Program-made: the position numbers and the translations under genes | Assembly (NCBI GenBank): GCA_030054035.1 | Contig: JASGCS010000004.1 | Coordinates: 81,076-145,075 of the forward strand | Reading direction: 5' to 3' | DNA: 64,000 nucleotides | Source: Candidatus Methylacidiphilales bacterium | GTDB lineage: Bacteria > Pseudomonadota > Gammaproteobacteria > JASGCS01 | Part shown: positions 9,277 through 18,688 of the stretch, piece after piece | Layout: every line of letters begins with the position of its first letter | Numbering within the stretch: position 1 is the stretch's first letter | The notes under the pieces: generated by a model | What the model saw: the letters and a program-made list of their open reading frames with translations, nothing else | Database searches by the model: none | Told to the model about the DNA's origin: nothing

Positions 9277-10441
9277 TTTCTGCCCAGCGGTACGGTCTTC
9301 TGATTTTACACATTGCCGCGCATCGTTGCTTGTCAATTTCTTTGGTAATTTCTTCTCCCTCAAGTCTTAATCGCATAAGTGATTTTCCTGTTACAGTTTT
9401 GGCTACATGGAGCATAGTTTGTAGAAATTTAGTTTGTGGATGTGGTATGTTTTGGTACTCTGCCCTTGATTTTGATACCAGTTCGCAGCAAGTCAAGAAA
9501 TTTTCATAGACTTCACCTTGCTTAAAGCCATTGCAATCATAGAGTAGCGAGAGTATATTAGAAATTGTTAACGTTGGCGAATGGTAATAGCTATTAAAAT
9601 TTTTTCTTACCTTAGTAACTAATTCAGTGTATCGGTTGGGAACAGGTAACCAGTTGGTAAAATTGATTATATCCGAATCGCTCGCTCTTGCACAGAAACC
9701 TGCAAATCTAATCAGTGGAGAGGAATTATGAGCACTTATGTATCGCAAAGCCTCGCGACAGGGTTGCTCAAATAGACTTTTCAGTCCCGTGGTGCTTGCG
9801 TAGGTAGATGAAATTAACACCTCTATAAATGCGTCAGGGTCTTGATAGGTGAAAGCCTTTTCAAACTCTGTCCATAATCGTTCTACGCTGAGACTGGGTA
9901 ATTCACCATTATTTACAATCTGTATTACAAGTTCTAAAGTTTCAGGCGCAATGGTAAAGCCCAGTGGTTTTAATTTTGCATAAAAACGCGCTAAACGAAT
10001 TAACCTAAGTGGGTCCTCTGAAAAAGCAATTGAGGTGTGGCGAATTATTTTATTTTTAATATCTTTCATTCCCTCACAAGGATCTATGTATGTTCCTGAT
10101 TTTTCATCAAATGCAATTGAATTTATGGTGAAGTCTCTTCGCCATAAATCTTCTTCTAATGTTACTTTTGGAGAAAAGTCACAAATAAAACCAGTGTAGC
10201 CAATTGATTTTTTTACCTCTGTTCGTGCTAAGGCATATTCTTCATTGGTAATTGGGTGTAAAAATACTGGAAATTGTTTACCTACTTGACGATACTTTAA
10301 AGATTCCATTTCACGAGGGGTTGAGCCAACCACAACCCAGTCTTTTTCCAAAACTGGTAAGTTTAATAAAGAATCTCTAATAGCACCACCGACCAAATAA
10401 ATATCCATATCACCCCAATTTTCTAAATTGACTATACTCAC
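9269..10441 (-). CDS. cca: CCA-adding tRNA nucleotidyltransferase
   Basis: N-terminal polymerase-beta-like motif IYLVGGAIRDSLL...DWVVVGSTP. 390 aa, with an HD-less class II CCA architecture. Confidence 0.8.
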   Translation of the reverse strand: MSIVNLENWGDMDIYLVGGAIRDSLLNLPVLEKDWVVVGSTPREMESLKYRQVGKQFPVFLHPITNEEYALARTEVKKSIGYTGFICDFSPKVTLEEDLWRRDFTINSIAFDEKSGTYIDPCEGMKDIKNKIIRHTSIAFSEDPLRLIRLARFYAKLKPLGFTIAPETLELVIQIVNNGELPSLSVERLWTEFEKAFTYQDPDAFIEVLISSTYASTTGLKSLFEQPCREALRYISAHNSSPLIRFAGFCARASDSDIINFTNWLPVPNRYTELVTKVRKNFNSYYHSPTLTISNILSLLYDCNGFKQGEVYENFLTCCELVSKSRAEYQNIPHPQTKFLQTMLHVAKTVTGKSLMRLRLEGEEITKEIDKQRCAAMCKIRRPYRWAEIK

Positions 10442-11366
10442 CCATTTGAGTTATTAAACCGAGTAGCGTGGGAAGCATATGCTCTAATTTTGTTGAAGTG
10501 GTTTTTAGGTTTTTGACCGATCGATCTGGCGAATGTTCTAAACTTCTCAGCATGTCTACGCTAAGCGTTGTATTATGGGTTAGTTCTGAAAGAAATCCTA
10601 TCAGGTAACTTATCCACCTAGGAATCGTTATGGCACTTCTTCTTTTTCCAAGAAAAAGTAAATACTGCCTCTCTATTAATTGGTGTATCTGTAGCAAGGA
10701 AAGATCCTCAGGTCCAAGTACATCTATAATTTTTCCATAGGTAGAATAATCTTCAAATGAATCAATAATCAAACTGGTAAAGTCATTGATATAAATGGGA
10801 GCGATAATTGAATGAGGTGAAATTACTGGGTAAAAATAGGGAGACAGGCGAACTATAGATGCGAAAGTAGATATACTTGAATCGCCAAATCCATACAATA
10901 ATGATGGTTTAAATGTAGTGCAATTGGTATATTCATTGCAGTAGGTGTGGAGATACATTTCTGACTCTCCTTTACTTCGTAAATATCTGCTTGCCGCTGC
11001 ATTAGCATCGGCGTGGTGTGCGCTGATATGAATGATTCTCGGTAGTTGTAAGGTGTTAATTTGCTCAACAAGCATTCTAACTATTCCAGAATGTACATCT
11101 CTAAACAATGCTTTTTTTGTTTGATTGAGTATTCCGATACAGTTAATAACTATATCTACCTCTTGCAAAAGTTGCTTCAGTGTGTTAGCATTATAGCTAG
11201 GAAAGGTAAGTAGAGTTACATTTGGAAGTATTTTTAAATCGGAATTCCAAACAGACTTTCTTGAAGTTGCAAATATTGTATAATCATAATGTAATTTAGA
11301 AATTTTAATAGCAAGCGATCTCCCCAAAAAACCATTACCGCCTAGAATTAAAATTTTTTTACCCAT
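10410..11366 (-). CDS. NAD(P)-binding epimerase/dehydratase-fold protein, NDUFA9-like atypical SDR
   Basis: N-terminal ILILGGNGFLGRSLA Rossmann motif and 318 aa length. Extended-SDR fold without a clear sugar-nucleotide active-site triad, resembling the complex I NDUFA9 / NmrA-like subfamily. Confidence 0.55.
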   Translation of the reverse strand: MGKKILILGGNGFLGRSLAIKISKLHYDYTIFATSRKSVWNSDLKILPNVTLLTFPSYNANTLKQLLQEVDIVINCIGILNQTKKALFRDVHSGIVRMLVEQINTLQLPRIIHISAHHADANAAASRYLRSKGESEMYLHTYCNEYTNCTTFKPSLLYGFGDSSISTFASIVRLSPYFYPVISPHSIIAPIYINDFTSLIIDSFEDYSTYGKIIDVLGPEDLSLLQIHQLIERQYLLFLGKRRSAITIPRWISYLIGFLSELTHNTTLSVDMLRSLEHSPDRSVKNLKTTSTKLEHMLPTLLGLITQMGEYSQFRKLG

Positions 11367-11407
11367 ATAATTAATTATAACACAATCAACCTATCGAGGA
11401 AATAACT

Positions 11408-11737
11408 ATGAATAATAAAATACATGAATTGACTAACGCAAATTTTGATGAAGTGGTGCGCAAGGCTGAGAAGCCAGTGCTGATTGATTTTTGGGCTGCT
11501 TGGTGTGGTCCTTGTAAAATGTTTGCTCCAGTTTTTGAAGAAGTTGCAAGTACCCATAGTGAATCAATGGTATTCGCGAAGCTTGATGTTGATGCTGCTC
11601 CAGAACTTGCGGGCACGTATAATATTAGAAGTATTCCGACACTCATGGTGTTTAAACAAGGAGAACCAGTATTTCAACAGGCTGGCTCGTTAGCAAAAAA
11701 CCAACTTATTGAACTAATAGAAAAAATAAAAGGATAG
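11408..11737 (+). CDS. trxA: Thioredoxin 1
   Basis: 109 aa with [13 protein letters not shown] active site. Confidence 0.92.
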   Translation: MNNKIHELTNANFDEVVRKAEKPVLIDFWAAWCGPCKMFAPVFEEVASTHSESMVFAKLDVDAAPELAGTYNIRSIPTLMVFKQGEPVFQQAGSLAKNQLIELIEKIKG

Positions 11738-11742
11738 GCTGT

Positions 11743-12999
11743 ATGAATTTAAGTGAAGTTAAAAAGAAATCAATTGCTGTATTAATTGAAGAAGCCAACC
11801 AGCTTCAAATTGAAAATCCAGCGCGGATGAGGAGACAGGAGTTAATGTTTTTACTTCTCAAACAGTACGCAGATCGTGGTGAAGATATTGTTGGCGATGG
11901 CGTGCTAGAAATTGTTCAAGACGGGTATGGTTTTCTGAGATCTCCCGATGCGTCTTACTTGGCCGGTCCCGATGATATTTATGTTTCACCTAATCAAATA
12001 AGAAAATTAAATCTCCATACTGGAGATACGGTTGCTGGTAAAGTTCGTCCACCAAAAGAAGGTGAACGGTACTTTGCTTTGATTAAACCTGACGAAATCA
12101 ACTATGAGCCAGCTGAAAATGTAAAAAATAAAATACTTTTTACTAATCTGACGCCCTTACACGCCGATAAACACCTAAAACTTGAACGAGGAAATGGCAG
12201 TAAGGAGGATATAACTGCTCGAATTATAGATTTAGTAGCCCCAATTGGTAAAGGGCAACGCGGATTGATTGTCTCTCCACCAAAGGCTGGTAAAACGGTG
12301 ATGTTGCAAAACATTGCTCGAAGTATCAATGCTAATTTTCCAGAATGTTTTCTAATTATTTTATTGATTGATGAAAGACCTGAAGAAGTTACGGAAATGC
12401 AACGATCGGTACATGCGGAAATAGTCTCTTCAACATTTGATGAGCCAGCTAATCGACATGTCCAAGTTGCGGAAATGGCCATCGAAAAAGCAAAACGGTT
12501 AGTAGAATCTAAAAAGGATGTGGTGATACTTCTTGACTCAATCACAAGGCTAGCGCGTGCCTACAATACCATTTCACCTGCTTCAGGTAAAGTACTTACT
12601 GGTGGTGTTGATGCTAATGCTTTGCATAAGCCAAAGCGATTTTTTGGTGCAGCAAGGAATATTGAAGAGGGGGGTAGTTTAACTATTATCGCTACCGCGC
12701 TGGTTGATACGGGATCTAAGATGGATGATGTGATTTATGAAGAATTTAAGGGCACTGGAAACATGGAAATACATTTAGAGCGAAGAATTGCCGAAAAAAG
12801 AATTTTTCCTGCTATTAACATTAACCGTTCAGGTACAAGAAGAGAAGAATTACTTATCGGGCATGATGAGTTAACTAAAATTTGGATTCTCAGAAAAGTA
12901 CTGCATGCAATGGATGATTTAGAGGCCATGGAATTTTTGCTCGGCAAAATGCAGGCAACCAAAACGAATTCTGAGTTTTTTGACTCAATGAAACGCTAA
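11743..12999 (+). CDS. rho: Transcription termination factor Rho
   Basis: 418 aa with an N-terminal RNA-binding domain ([28 protein letters not shown]), Walker [18 protein letters not shown], and Q/R loops. Starts 5 nt after trxA. Confidence 0.95.
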   Translation: MNLSEVKKKSIAVLIEEANQLQIENPARMRRQELMFLLLKQYADRGEDIVGDGVLEIVQDGYGFLRSPDASYLAGPDDIYVSPNQIRKLNLHTGDTVAGKVRPPKEGERYFALIKPDEINYEPAENVKNKILFTNLTPLHADKHLKLERGNGSKEDITARIIDLVAPIGKGQRGLIVSPPKAGKTVMLQNIARSINANFPECFLIILLIDERPEEVTEMQRSVHAEIVSSTFDEPANRHVQVAEMAIEKAKRLVESKKDVVILLDSITRLARAYNTISPASGKVLTGGVDANALHKPKRFFGAARNIEEGGSLTIIATALVDTGSKMDDVIYEEFKGTGNMEIHLERRIAEKRIFPAININRSGTRREELLIGHDELTKIWILRKVLHAMDDLEAMEFLLGKMQATKTNSEFFDSMKR

Positions 13000-13000
13000 C

Positions 13001-14386
13001 TTAATACCAACCAATAGTTTTTAATAGTGCTTTCACTTCTAAAGAAGTGGGGGCAATTGAAGTTAAAATTTTAAGATCTTCACGAGCCTTTGCGTTTTTA
13101 TTTTGCGAGATATAGAGTTTAGCTCTTTCTAGATAGGCACCGACACTACCCTTATTTAAATCAATTGCTTTGCTGAAGTCTTGTTCAGCCGCGCTTTCAT
13201 TGTTAGCTTCAAGATAAATTAAACCGCGGGTTACATATAATGAATCATCCAGAGAGTTTAAAGCGATTAACTTTGATACATCTCGCAACGAAGATTCGTA
13301 ATCTTTGGTTTTTCTGAAGAGGTTGGCTCGGTTAAACAGCGCGCTTTGATAATTGGGTTGCAATTGTATTGCCTTGTTGTAGTCCTTTAATGCTAATCCA
13401 TGTTGATTGTTCTTTTCAAAAATAATACCCCTCAAAAAAAACGCAGTAGAATTATTCGGATCTAATGCTATGGCTTGATCATATACCTCTCTGGCAGTTT
13501 GGAATTCATTTAAATTACCTCGTATAATTCCAAGTTGTAATAAAAATTCAATATTTTTTGGCTGGGAACTGATGACAGTATTAATGTCAACAAGCGCCTC
13601 AGAATATTTACCTATGCTATTGTTACATTGCGCCCGTTCAAAGAGATACTCATTGGTGTTGGGTTTTAATTGTAAGGATTTGTTGAAATCGTTAGTTGCA
13701 TTTTTGCAATTGAGTTTGCTTTTATAAGCCAAGCCTCGTAAGAAAATTAATCGATCATTGTTGCTATTTAGTGCAATTCCTTTTGAGGTCTCTGAAATTA
13801 CTTTATCGTTTTTACCTAATTCATAAAGTATCTGTGCCGAAGCGAGGTAGGTTGAGTCACTTGGTTCAAGTTGATTTATTGTTGAGTAGTCTAGATAGGC
13901 AAGTTGTTTGCTTTGCAGTGCGAGATACAAAGAGGCACGAAGGGCATAGTATTTAATATTCCGCTCATTTTCTATCAGTGCATTGGTAATAAGTTGTAAT
14001 GCTTTTTGATATTTTTCTTGTTTTTTGTAAATAGTCGCTAACTCAAAAGCTACTTCATGATAACTTGGTCTTATCTCAATTGCTTTTTCAAAATCTGCAA
14101 TTGCTTCTGGTGTTTTATTAAATTTAAGATGTATATCACCTCTGAGTTTATACGCTACTGCATTTGTTGGTTGAAGTGTAAGTCCTTGATTGAGCAAGTC
14201 TAAAGCTTTTTGGAAGTCTTCGCTCACTAATGCTTTATTAACCTGATCAAAGATTTCAATTAGCGTAAGCGGTGCGACGGGTGGTGCGGCAAGTGGTGTA
14301 TCGGTAGTTTTTAGCTCATTGGCGTAACCCACAGAAGTAACCAATGAAATGGAAAGTAAAATTAATGATTTTATAATGATATGCAT
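13001..14386 (-). CDS. Secreted tetratricopeptide-repeat (TPR) protein
   Basis: Signal peptide MHIIIKSLILLSISLVTSVGYA followed by about 11 TPR-like 34-residue repeats (recurrent A..Y..G......A...Y..AL.L.P patterns). Confidence 0.6.
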   Translation of the reverse strand: MHIIIKSLILLSISLVTSVGYANELKTTDTPLAAPPVAPLTLIEIFDQVNKALVSEDFQKALDLLNQGLTLQPTNAVAYKLRGDIHLKFNKTPEAIADFEKAIEIRPSYHEVAFELATIYKKQEKYQKALQLITNALIENERNIKYYALRASLYLALQSKQLAYLDYSTINQLEPSDSTYLASAQILYELGKNDKVISETSKGIALNSNNDRLIFLRGLAYKSKLNCKNATNDFNKSLQLKPNTNEYLFERAQCNNSIGKYSEALVDINTVISSQPKNIEFLLQLGIIRGNLNEFQTAREVYDQAIALDPNNSTAFFLRGIIFEKNNQHGLALKDYNKAIQLQPNYQSALFNRANLFRKTKDYESSLRDVSKLIALNSLDDSLYVTRGLIYLEANNESAAEQDFSKAIDLNKGSVGAYLERAKLYISQNKNAKAREDLKILTSIAPTSLEVKALLKTIGWY

Positions 14387-14398
14387 AGTTTTATTTTA

Positions 14399-15664
14399 TC
14401 ACTGTTCTTGCAACTTTCCAATATCTTTTCTGAACACACAATTTTTAAATTCAATAGCTGATACTAATGCGTAGGCCTCACGATGTGCCTCAAGCACCGT
14501 GTCACCTAGCGCAGTTACAGTTAAAGTCCTACCTCCTGAGCTGTGTAATGTGCCTGATTTTAATTTAGTTGAGGCTTGAAATATCATGGTGTGCTTACTA
14601 TGTAAATTCGGTAATGTAATGGTAGTTTCACCACTAGCAGAAGTAGGGTATCCTTCCTGTGCTAGTACCACCCCAACAGAACAACGCTTATCCCAATGTA
14701 ACTCAGGAGTAGTTCCTTGTGATAAAGAATGTATTGCGCTTACCAAACTTGATTGCAATCGTAGTAGCAAGGTTTGTGCTTCTGGATCGCCCAAACGACA
14801 GTTATATTCCAATACATAAACTCTATTTTCACGCACCATCAGACCAGCGTAAAGAAAACCTCTATATGAAATTGCGTCTTTTTGCAAAGCATTGATCGTG
14901 GGTTTTATGATTGTTTCAATTATGGTAGTTTCTAGATTTTTTGTAACTGCCGGCACTGGGCTGTAGGCACCCATTCCGCCAGTATTTGGCCCTTGGTTAC
15001 CATCTAAAAGCCGTTTGTGATCTTGGCTATATTCAAGCATTACATAAGACGCATCCCAGACCATGGCAATTGCGGAAACTTCAAACCCATCAATATATTC
15101 TTCTAATATGACTTGAGCGCACGCCAAACCAAGTTTTTTTTCTACCATAAGCATGTGTAATACTTCTGTCGCTTCTTGTTTCGATGAAACAATAAATACA
15201 CCTTTGCCAGCCGCTAAGCCATCTGCTTTAATGACTATTGGAAAATTTGAATTATCTAGGAAGTTTACCGCTTGTATGTAATCGCTGAATTGGGCAGATG
15301 TCGCGGTTGGAATCCCATGCTTAAGCATAAACGCTTTTGAGAAAATTTTTTTACTTTCTAATTGCGCTGCATATTGGTTTGGACCCCAGGTCAATATACC
15401 ATGTTGGTTTAGTTTGTCAGCGATGCCGAGACTGAGGGGAAGTTCGGGGCCAATTATCGCGCAGGTTACTGTATGTTCCAGTGCTAATGAGACTATAGCA
15501 TCAATGTTTTCCACAGAGATTGGAAAAGTTTTTGTGCGGGGAAGTGTTTCCATTCCTGCATTTCCAGGACAAACAATAATTGACTTAATTGAATCTTGCT
15601 TTGAACAATGCCAGGCAATTGCGTGTTCACGAGCGCCTGCACCAACTATTAATACTGTATCCAT
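14399..15664 (-). CDS. purD: Phosphoribosylamine--glycine ligase
   Basis: 421 aa ATP-grasp protein with an N-terminal MDTVLIVGAGAREHAIAW typical of PurD. Confidence 0.9.
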   Translation of the reverse strand: MDTVLIVGAGAREHAIAWHCSKQDSIKSIIVCPGNAGMETLPRTKTFPISVENIDAIVSLALEHTVTCAIIGPELPLSLGIADKLNQHGILTWGPNQYAAQLESKKIFSKAFMLKHGIPTATSAQFSDYIQAVNFLDNSNFPIVIKADGLAAGKGVFIVSSKQEATEVLHMLMVEKKLGLACAQVILEEYIDGFEVSAIAMVWDASYVMLEYSQDHKRLLDGNQGPNTGGMGAYSPVPAVTKNLETTIIETIIKPTINALQKDAISYRGFLYAGLMVRENRVYVLEYNCRLGDPEAQTLLLRLQSSLVSAIHSLSQGTTPELHWDKRCSVGVVLAQEGYPTSASGETTITLPNLHSKHTMIFQASTKLKSGTLHSSGGRTLTVTALGDTVLEAHREAYALVSAIEFKNCVFRKDIGKLQEQ

Positions 15665-15724
15665 TCAGTTATTCTAACCTAGCGATTGTTTTTTAGTTAA
15701 AATAGAAGTAAAAGGAGGATGTAT

Positions 15725-16018
15725 ATGCGTATAGATATTAGTGCTACAAGTTTTGAATTAACAGACGCCATCAGGGATTTTGTCCATAAAAAATTTACTA
15801 AATTAGAAAAGCATAGCTCCCATTTACGGCATCTTCACCTCATATTAAAAAAAGAACAGAAGACATTTATTGCTGAAGCGGTACTTAAATTTGATAGCCA
15901 CAATGATATTGTCGTTGAAACTGAGATGCAAGATATGTATAAATCAATTGATTCTACTTTTGAACGGGTTAAACATAAATTAGACCGAATGTTAGATAAA
16001 GATCATACTTATCGTTAA
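15725..16018 (+). CDS. hpf: Ribosome hibernation promoting factor (short HPF/RaiA family)
   Basis: MRIDISATSFELTDAIRDFVHKKFTKLEKH... matches the HPF/YfiA pattern. The AGGAGG RBS sits 6-7 nt upstream of the ATG at 15725; the earlier ATG at 15719 is too close to the RBS. Confidence 0.75.
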   Translation: MRIDISATSFELTDAIRDFVHKKFTKLEKHSSHLRHLHLILKKEQKTFIAEAVLKFDSHNDIVVETEMQDMYKSIDSTFERVKHKLDRMLDKDHTYR

Positions 16019-16032
16019 TGGTGTAGTGATAA

Positions 16033-16638
16033 ATGCTTGTCGCCTCTAATATCACTGTAACGCGAGGTGAGCGAGTGTTATTTCAAAATAGTCATGTCTC
16101 CTTTGCCAAGGCTCGTTGCACAATAGTTAAAGGTGAAAACGGTATCGGTAAGAGTACGCTTTTAAAAATTTTATCTGGAACTTTAGAGATCGATGAGGGT
16201 GAAGTGCTCTGGGATAATTGTTCTGTCATTCACAATCAACACTATTTTGCGCTACTAGGGTATGTCCCAAATCCTATCGCGCTTCCAAGCACATTAACCG
16301 TCGCAGATTATTTTTTAATGCGTCGGTGTTTGGACGGAATGCCCGAGGCCGACTGGCATCAGCACGCTATGCAATCACTGGGAATAGAAGCACTCAATAA
16401 GACTCGGATCGGTATGTTATCCTCTGGTCAAAAACAAAAAATAGCATTATCAATACTATGGGATGCGATGCGAAAAGTATTTTTACTTGACGAACCATTT
16501 AGCAATTTAGATCATACCGGAAGAGAAATAGTCAGAAAAAAAATTGCAGCGCAAGTGTCGCAAGGCGCAACAGTAGTAATGGTTAGTCATGAACCTTCAC
16601 TAGATTCCATTACCTTTGATGTAATAGAATTGTCATGA
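16033..16638 (+). CDS. ccmA: Heme exporter ATP-binding protein CcmA
   Basis: Walker A GENGIGKST, signature LSSGQKQK, Walker B LLDEP. First gene of a complete ccm locus. Confidence 0.85.
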   Translation: MLVASNITVTRGERVLFQNSHVSFAKARCTIVKGENGIGKSTLLKILSGTLEIDEGEVLWDNCSVIHNQHYFALLGYVPNPIALPSTLTVADYFLMRRCLDGMPEADWHQHAMQSLGIEALNKTRIGMLSSGQKQKIALSILWDAMRKVFLLDEPFSNLDHTGREIVRKKIAAQVSQGATVVMVSHEPSLDSITFDVIELS

Positions 16639-17285
16639 AGTTGTTTTTTACTTTGTTTTTTCTTGAAATTAAATCTCAATTCCAGCAGAAAGCGGTTTTA
16701 TTGTTTGCTACTTTGTATATTCTCTTAGTCTCATTAACCTACCCTTTGATGATTGGGATATCGCTTGGAGTATTACAAAAAGGAATAGTAGTTTTTGTAC
16801 TATACGCATCAATACTTGCGCAATTGTTGGTGGTTATCTCGGTATCAGATAGAGCTAGTTATGATGGTGCATTGGTACATTGGTACCTAAGTAAGTTTTC
16901 CTGCGAGCTATTTTTCCTACTCAGAGTGGTTGTGAGTTGGTTGCTTTTCTTAATCCCTTGTATGTGTGTCATTTTTTTGGTTACAATAAGTTACAGTTTA
17001 ACGCTCATTCAAATGGGTAAATTATATTTAGTGGTTTTATGTACCTTATATCTTGTTTCGCTTTTTACACATTTTTCTTGCATGCTCTTAATTGTCAGAG
17101 GAGCCTCAGGTTTGCTGGTTACTTTGATATTATTTCCTTTTTTAGTCCCCATACTAGTTGCTTCTGGAGTGTTTTTAAATGAAGGGGGGATTGCTAGTGT
17201 ATTCCTTATGGTTGGCTATGCAATTTCTTCTACAGCTGCAATACTTATATTTGCTAAAATTGCCGTACTTCGTAGCGTTGAGTAA
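16635..17285 (+). CDS. ccmB: Heme exporter permease CcmB
   Basis: 216 aa, 6 TM, in the ccmB position with a 4-nt overlap to ccmA. Confidence 0.8.
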   Translation: MKLFFTLFFLEIKSQFQQKAVLLFATLYILLVSLTYPLMIGISLGVLQKGIVVFVLYASILAQLLVVISVSDRASYDGALVHWYLSKFSCELFFLLRVVVSWLLFLIPCMCVIFLVTISYSLTLIQMGKLYLVVLCTLYLVSLFTHFSCMLLIVRGASGLLVTLILFPFLVPILVASGVFLNEGGIASVFLMVGYAISSTAAILIFAKIAVLRSVE

Positions 17286-17331
17286 CGCTACCCAGAACTT
17301 ATATAAAAGAGTATAAAATATCTATGCAGTT

Positions 17332-18069
17332 ATGCCTTACCTAAGTTTTTTGTATCGTTTTGGAAATCCCGAAGAGTATTTTAATTTTTCAAAACATGTT
17401 TTCAAAATTTTCGGAATATTTGGTAGCGTTACAGTGGCATACGGTTTGTATCAAGGGCTTTTTATTGCGCCACCTGACTATCAGCAATTGGATGCTTTTA
17501 GGCTGATTTATGTGCATGTTCCCTGTGCATGGCTATCTTTGTTTATTTATTGCATGATGGCTGGAGCAGAAACAATCTATTTGATTTGGAAAATTAAAGT
17601 CTCCCATTTATTTGCAGTAGCTGCTTCATCATTAGGTGCAGTAACTACTTTACTTGCGCTCATAACAGGCTCTTTGTGGGGAAAACCAATGTGGGGAGCA
17701 TGGTGGGTATGGGGAGACGCTCGGTTACTCTCGGAGCTTTTTCTTCTATGTATCTATGTGCTCTATATTATCGTAGCCACCCTTTTTGAAAAATCAAAAG
17801 CTCAATGGAGTATTCCAGCAACGATATGTGTTTTAGGCATAATCCAAATCCCGATTATTCACTATTCGGTAGAGTGGTGGGCAACTCTACATCAAGGCAC
17901 CACGGTTTCTGTGTTTGGTGAGTCTTTAATTGATAGCTCTATGCTCAGTCCCTTGCTTATTTCTGCAATTGGGTTTAGTTGTTTAGCCTTGTCGTTGATT
18001 CACTTAAGATTAATGAGTTTACTTGTCGGGCATAACCATGATGCTAATTGGGTGAAGCGTTATGAGTGA
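17332..18069 (+). CDS. ccmC: Heme exporter protein CcmC
   Basis: Tryptophan-rich WWD motif WGAWWVWGDARL and conserved histidines. 245 aa. Confidence 0.9.
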   Translation: MPYLSFLYRFGNPEEYFNFSKHVFKIFGIFGSVTVAYGLYQGLFIAPPDYQQLDAFRLIYVHVPCAWLSLFIYCMMAGAETIYLIWKIKVSHLFAVAASSLGAVTTLLALITGSLWGKPMWGAWWVWGDARLLSELFLLCIYVLYIIVATLFEKSKAQWSIPATICVLGIIQIPIIHYSVEWWATLHQGTTVSVFGESLIDSSMLSPLLISAIGFSCLALSLIHLRLMSLLVGHNHDANWVKRYE

Positions 18070-18256
18070 AGGCTTGGTCAGAATTATTCAAAGCCCATAT
18101 GCATGGTATATTTTCAGTGGGTATACAATTGTGATAGGTAGTTTTTTGATTTATTTTTTGTACGCATATTTCCAGTTACGCTACCTATTGAAAAATCGCA
18201 AGAGCGCTTCTCAAGGTTCACCAACTAAAATTGAAAAGATTCAATCACAATTATGA
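18062..18256 (+). CDS. ccmD: Heme exporter protein CcmD
   Basis: 64 aa single-TM protein between ccmC and ccmE, with overlaps on both sides. Confidence 0.6.
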   Translation: MSEGLVRIIQSPYAWYIFSGYTIVIGSFLIYFLYAYFQLRYLLKNRKSASQGSPTKIEKIQSQL

Positions 18257-18681
18257 AAGCTAGAACTAAAATTAGAATTAGAACAATAATTGTCCTGGTG
18301 TCGGTTTTTGCAATAGGACTAGGTTTTATTCTTTATTCGTTTACTGATAATTTAATGTACTTTAAAACCCCAACTGAAGTACTTGAAGCTACTACTTTAA
18401 AAAACCAGGTTAGAGTAGGAGGTATGGTAGTGAAGGGAACAGTTGCAACGTCTGTTCAGGATAACCATGTTACATTCCAAATTACTGACTATGCTTCGGT
18501 ATTAGCTGTTTCATACTCAGGTATTCTGCCCGATTTATTTAGAGAAGGGCAGGGTGTGGTAGTAGTTGGACGACTCTCCAGCAACAAAATATTTGAAGCA
18601 GAAACCGTACTTGCTAAGCATGATGAAAAATATGTTCCTAGAGAAATAGAAGCCATGTTAAAAAACCAACCAAAAAAATAA
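18253..18681 (+). CDS. ccmE: Cytochrome c-type biogenesis heme chaperone CcmE
   Basis: N-terminal TM, OB-fold, and the heme-binding histidine motif LAKHDEKYVP. Confidence 0.9.
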   Translation: MKARTKIRIRTIIVLVSVFAIGLGFILYSFTDNLMYFKTPTEVLEATTLKNQVRVGGMVVKGTVATSVQDNHVTFQITDYASVLAVSYSGILPDLFREGQGVVVVGRLSSNKIFEAETVLAKHDEKYVPREIEAMLKNQPKK

Positions 18682-18688
18682 CTACCCC

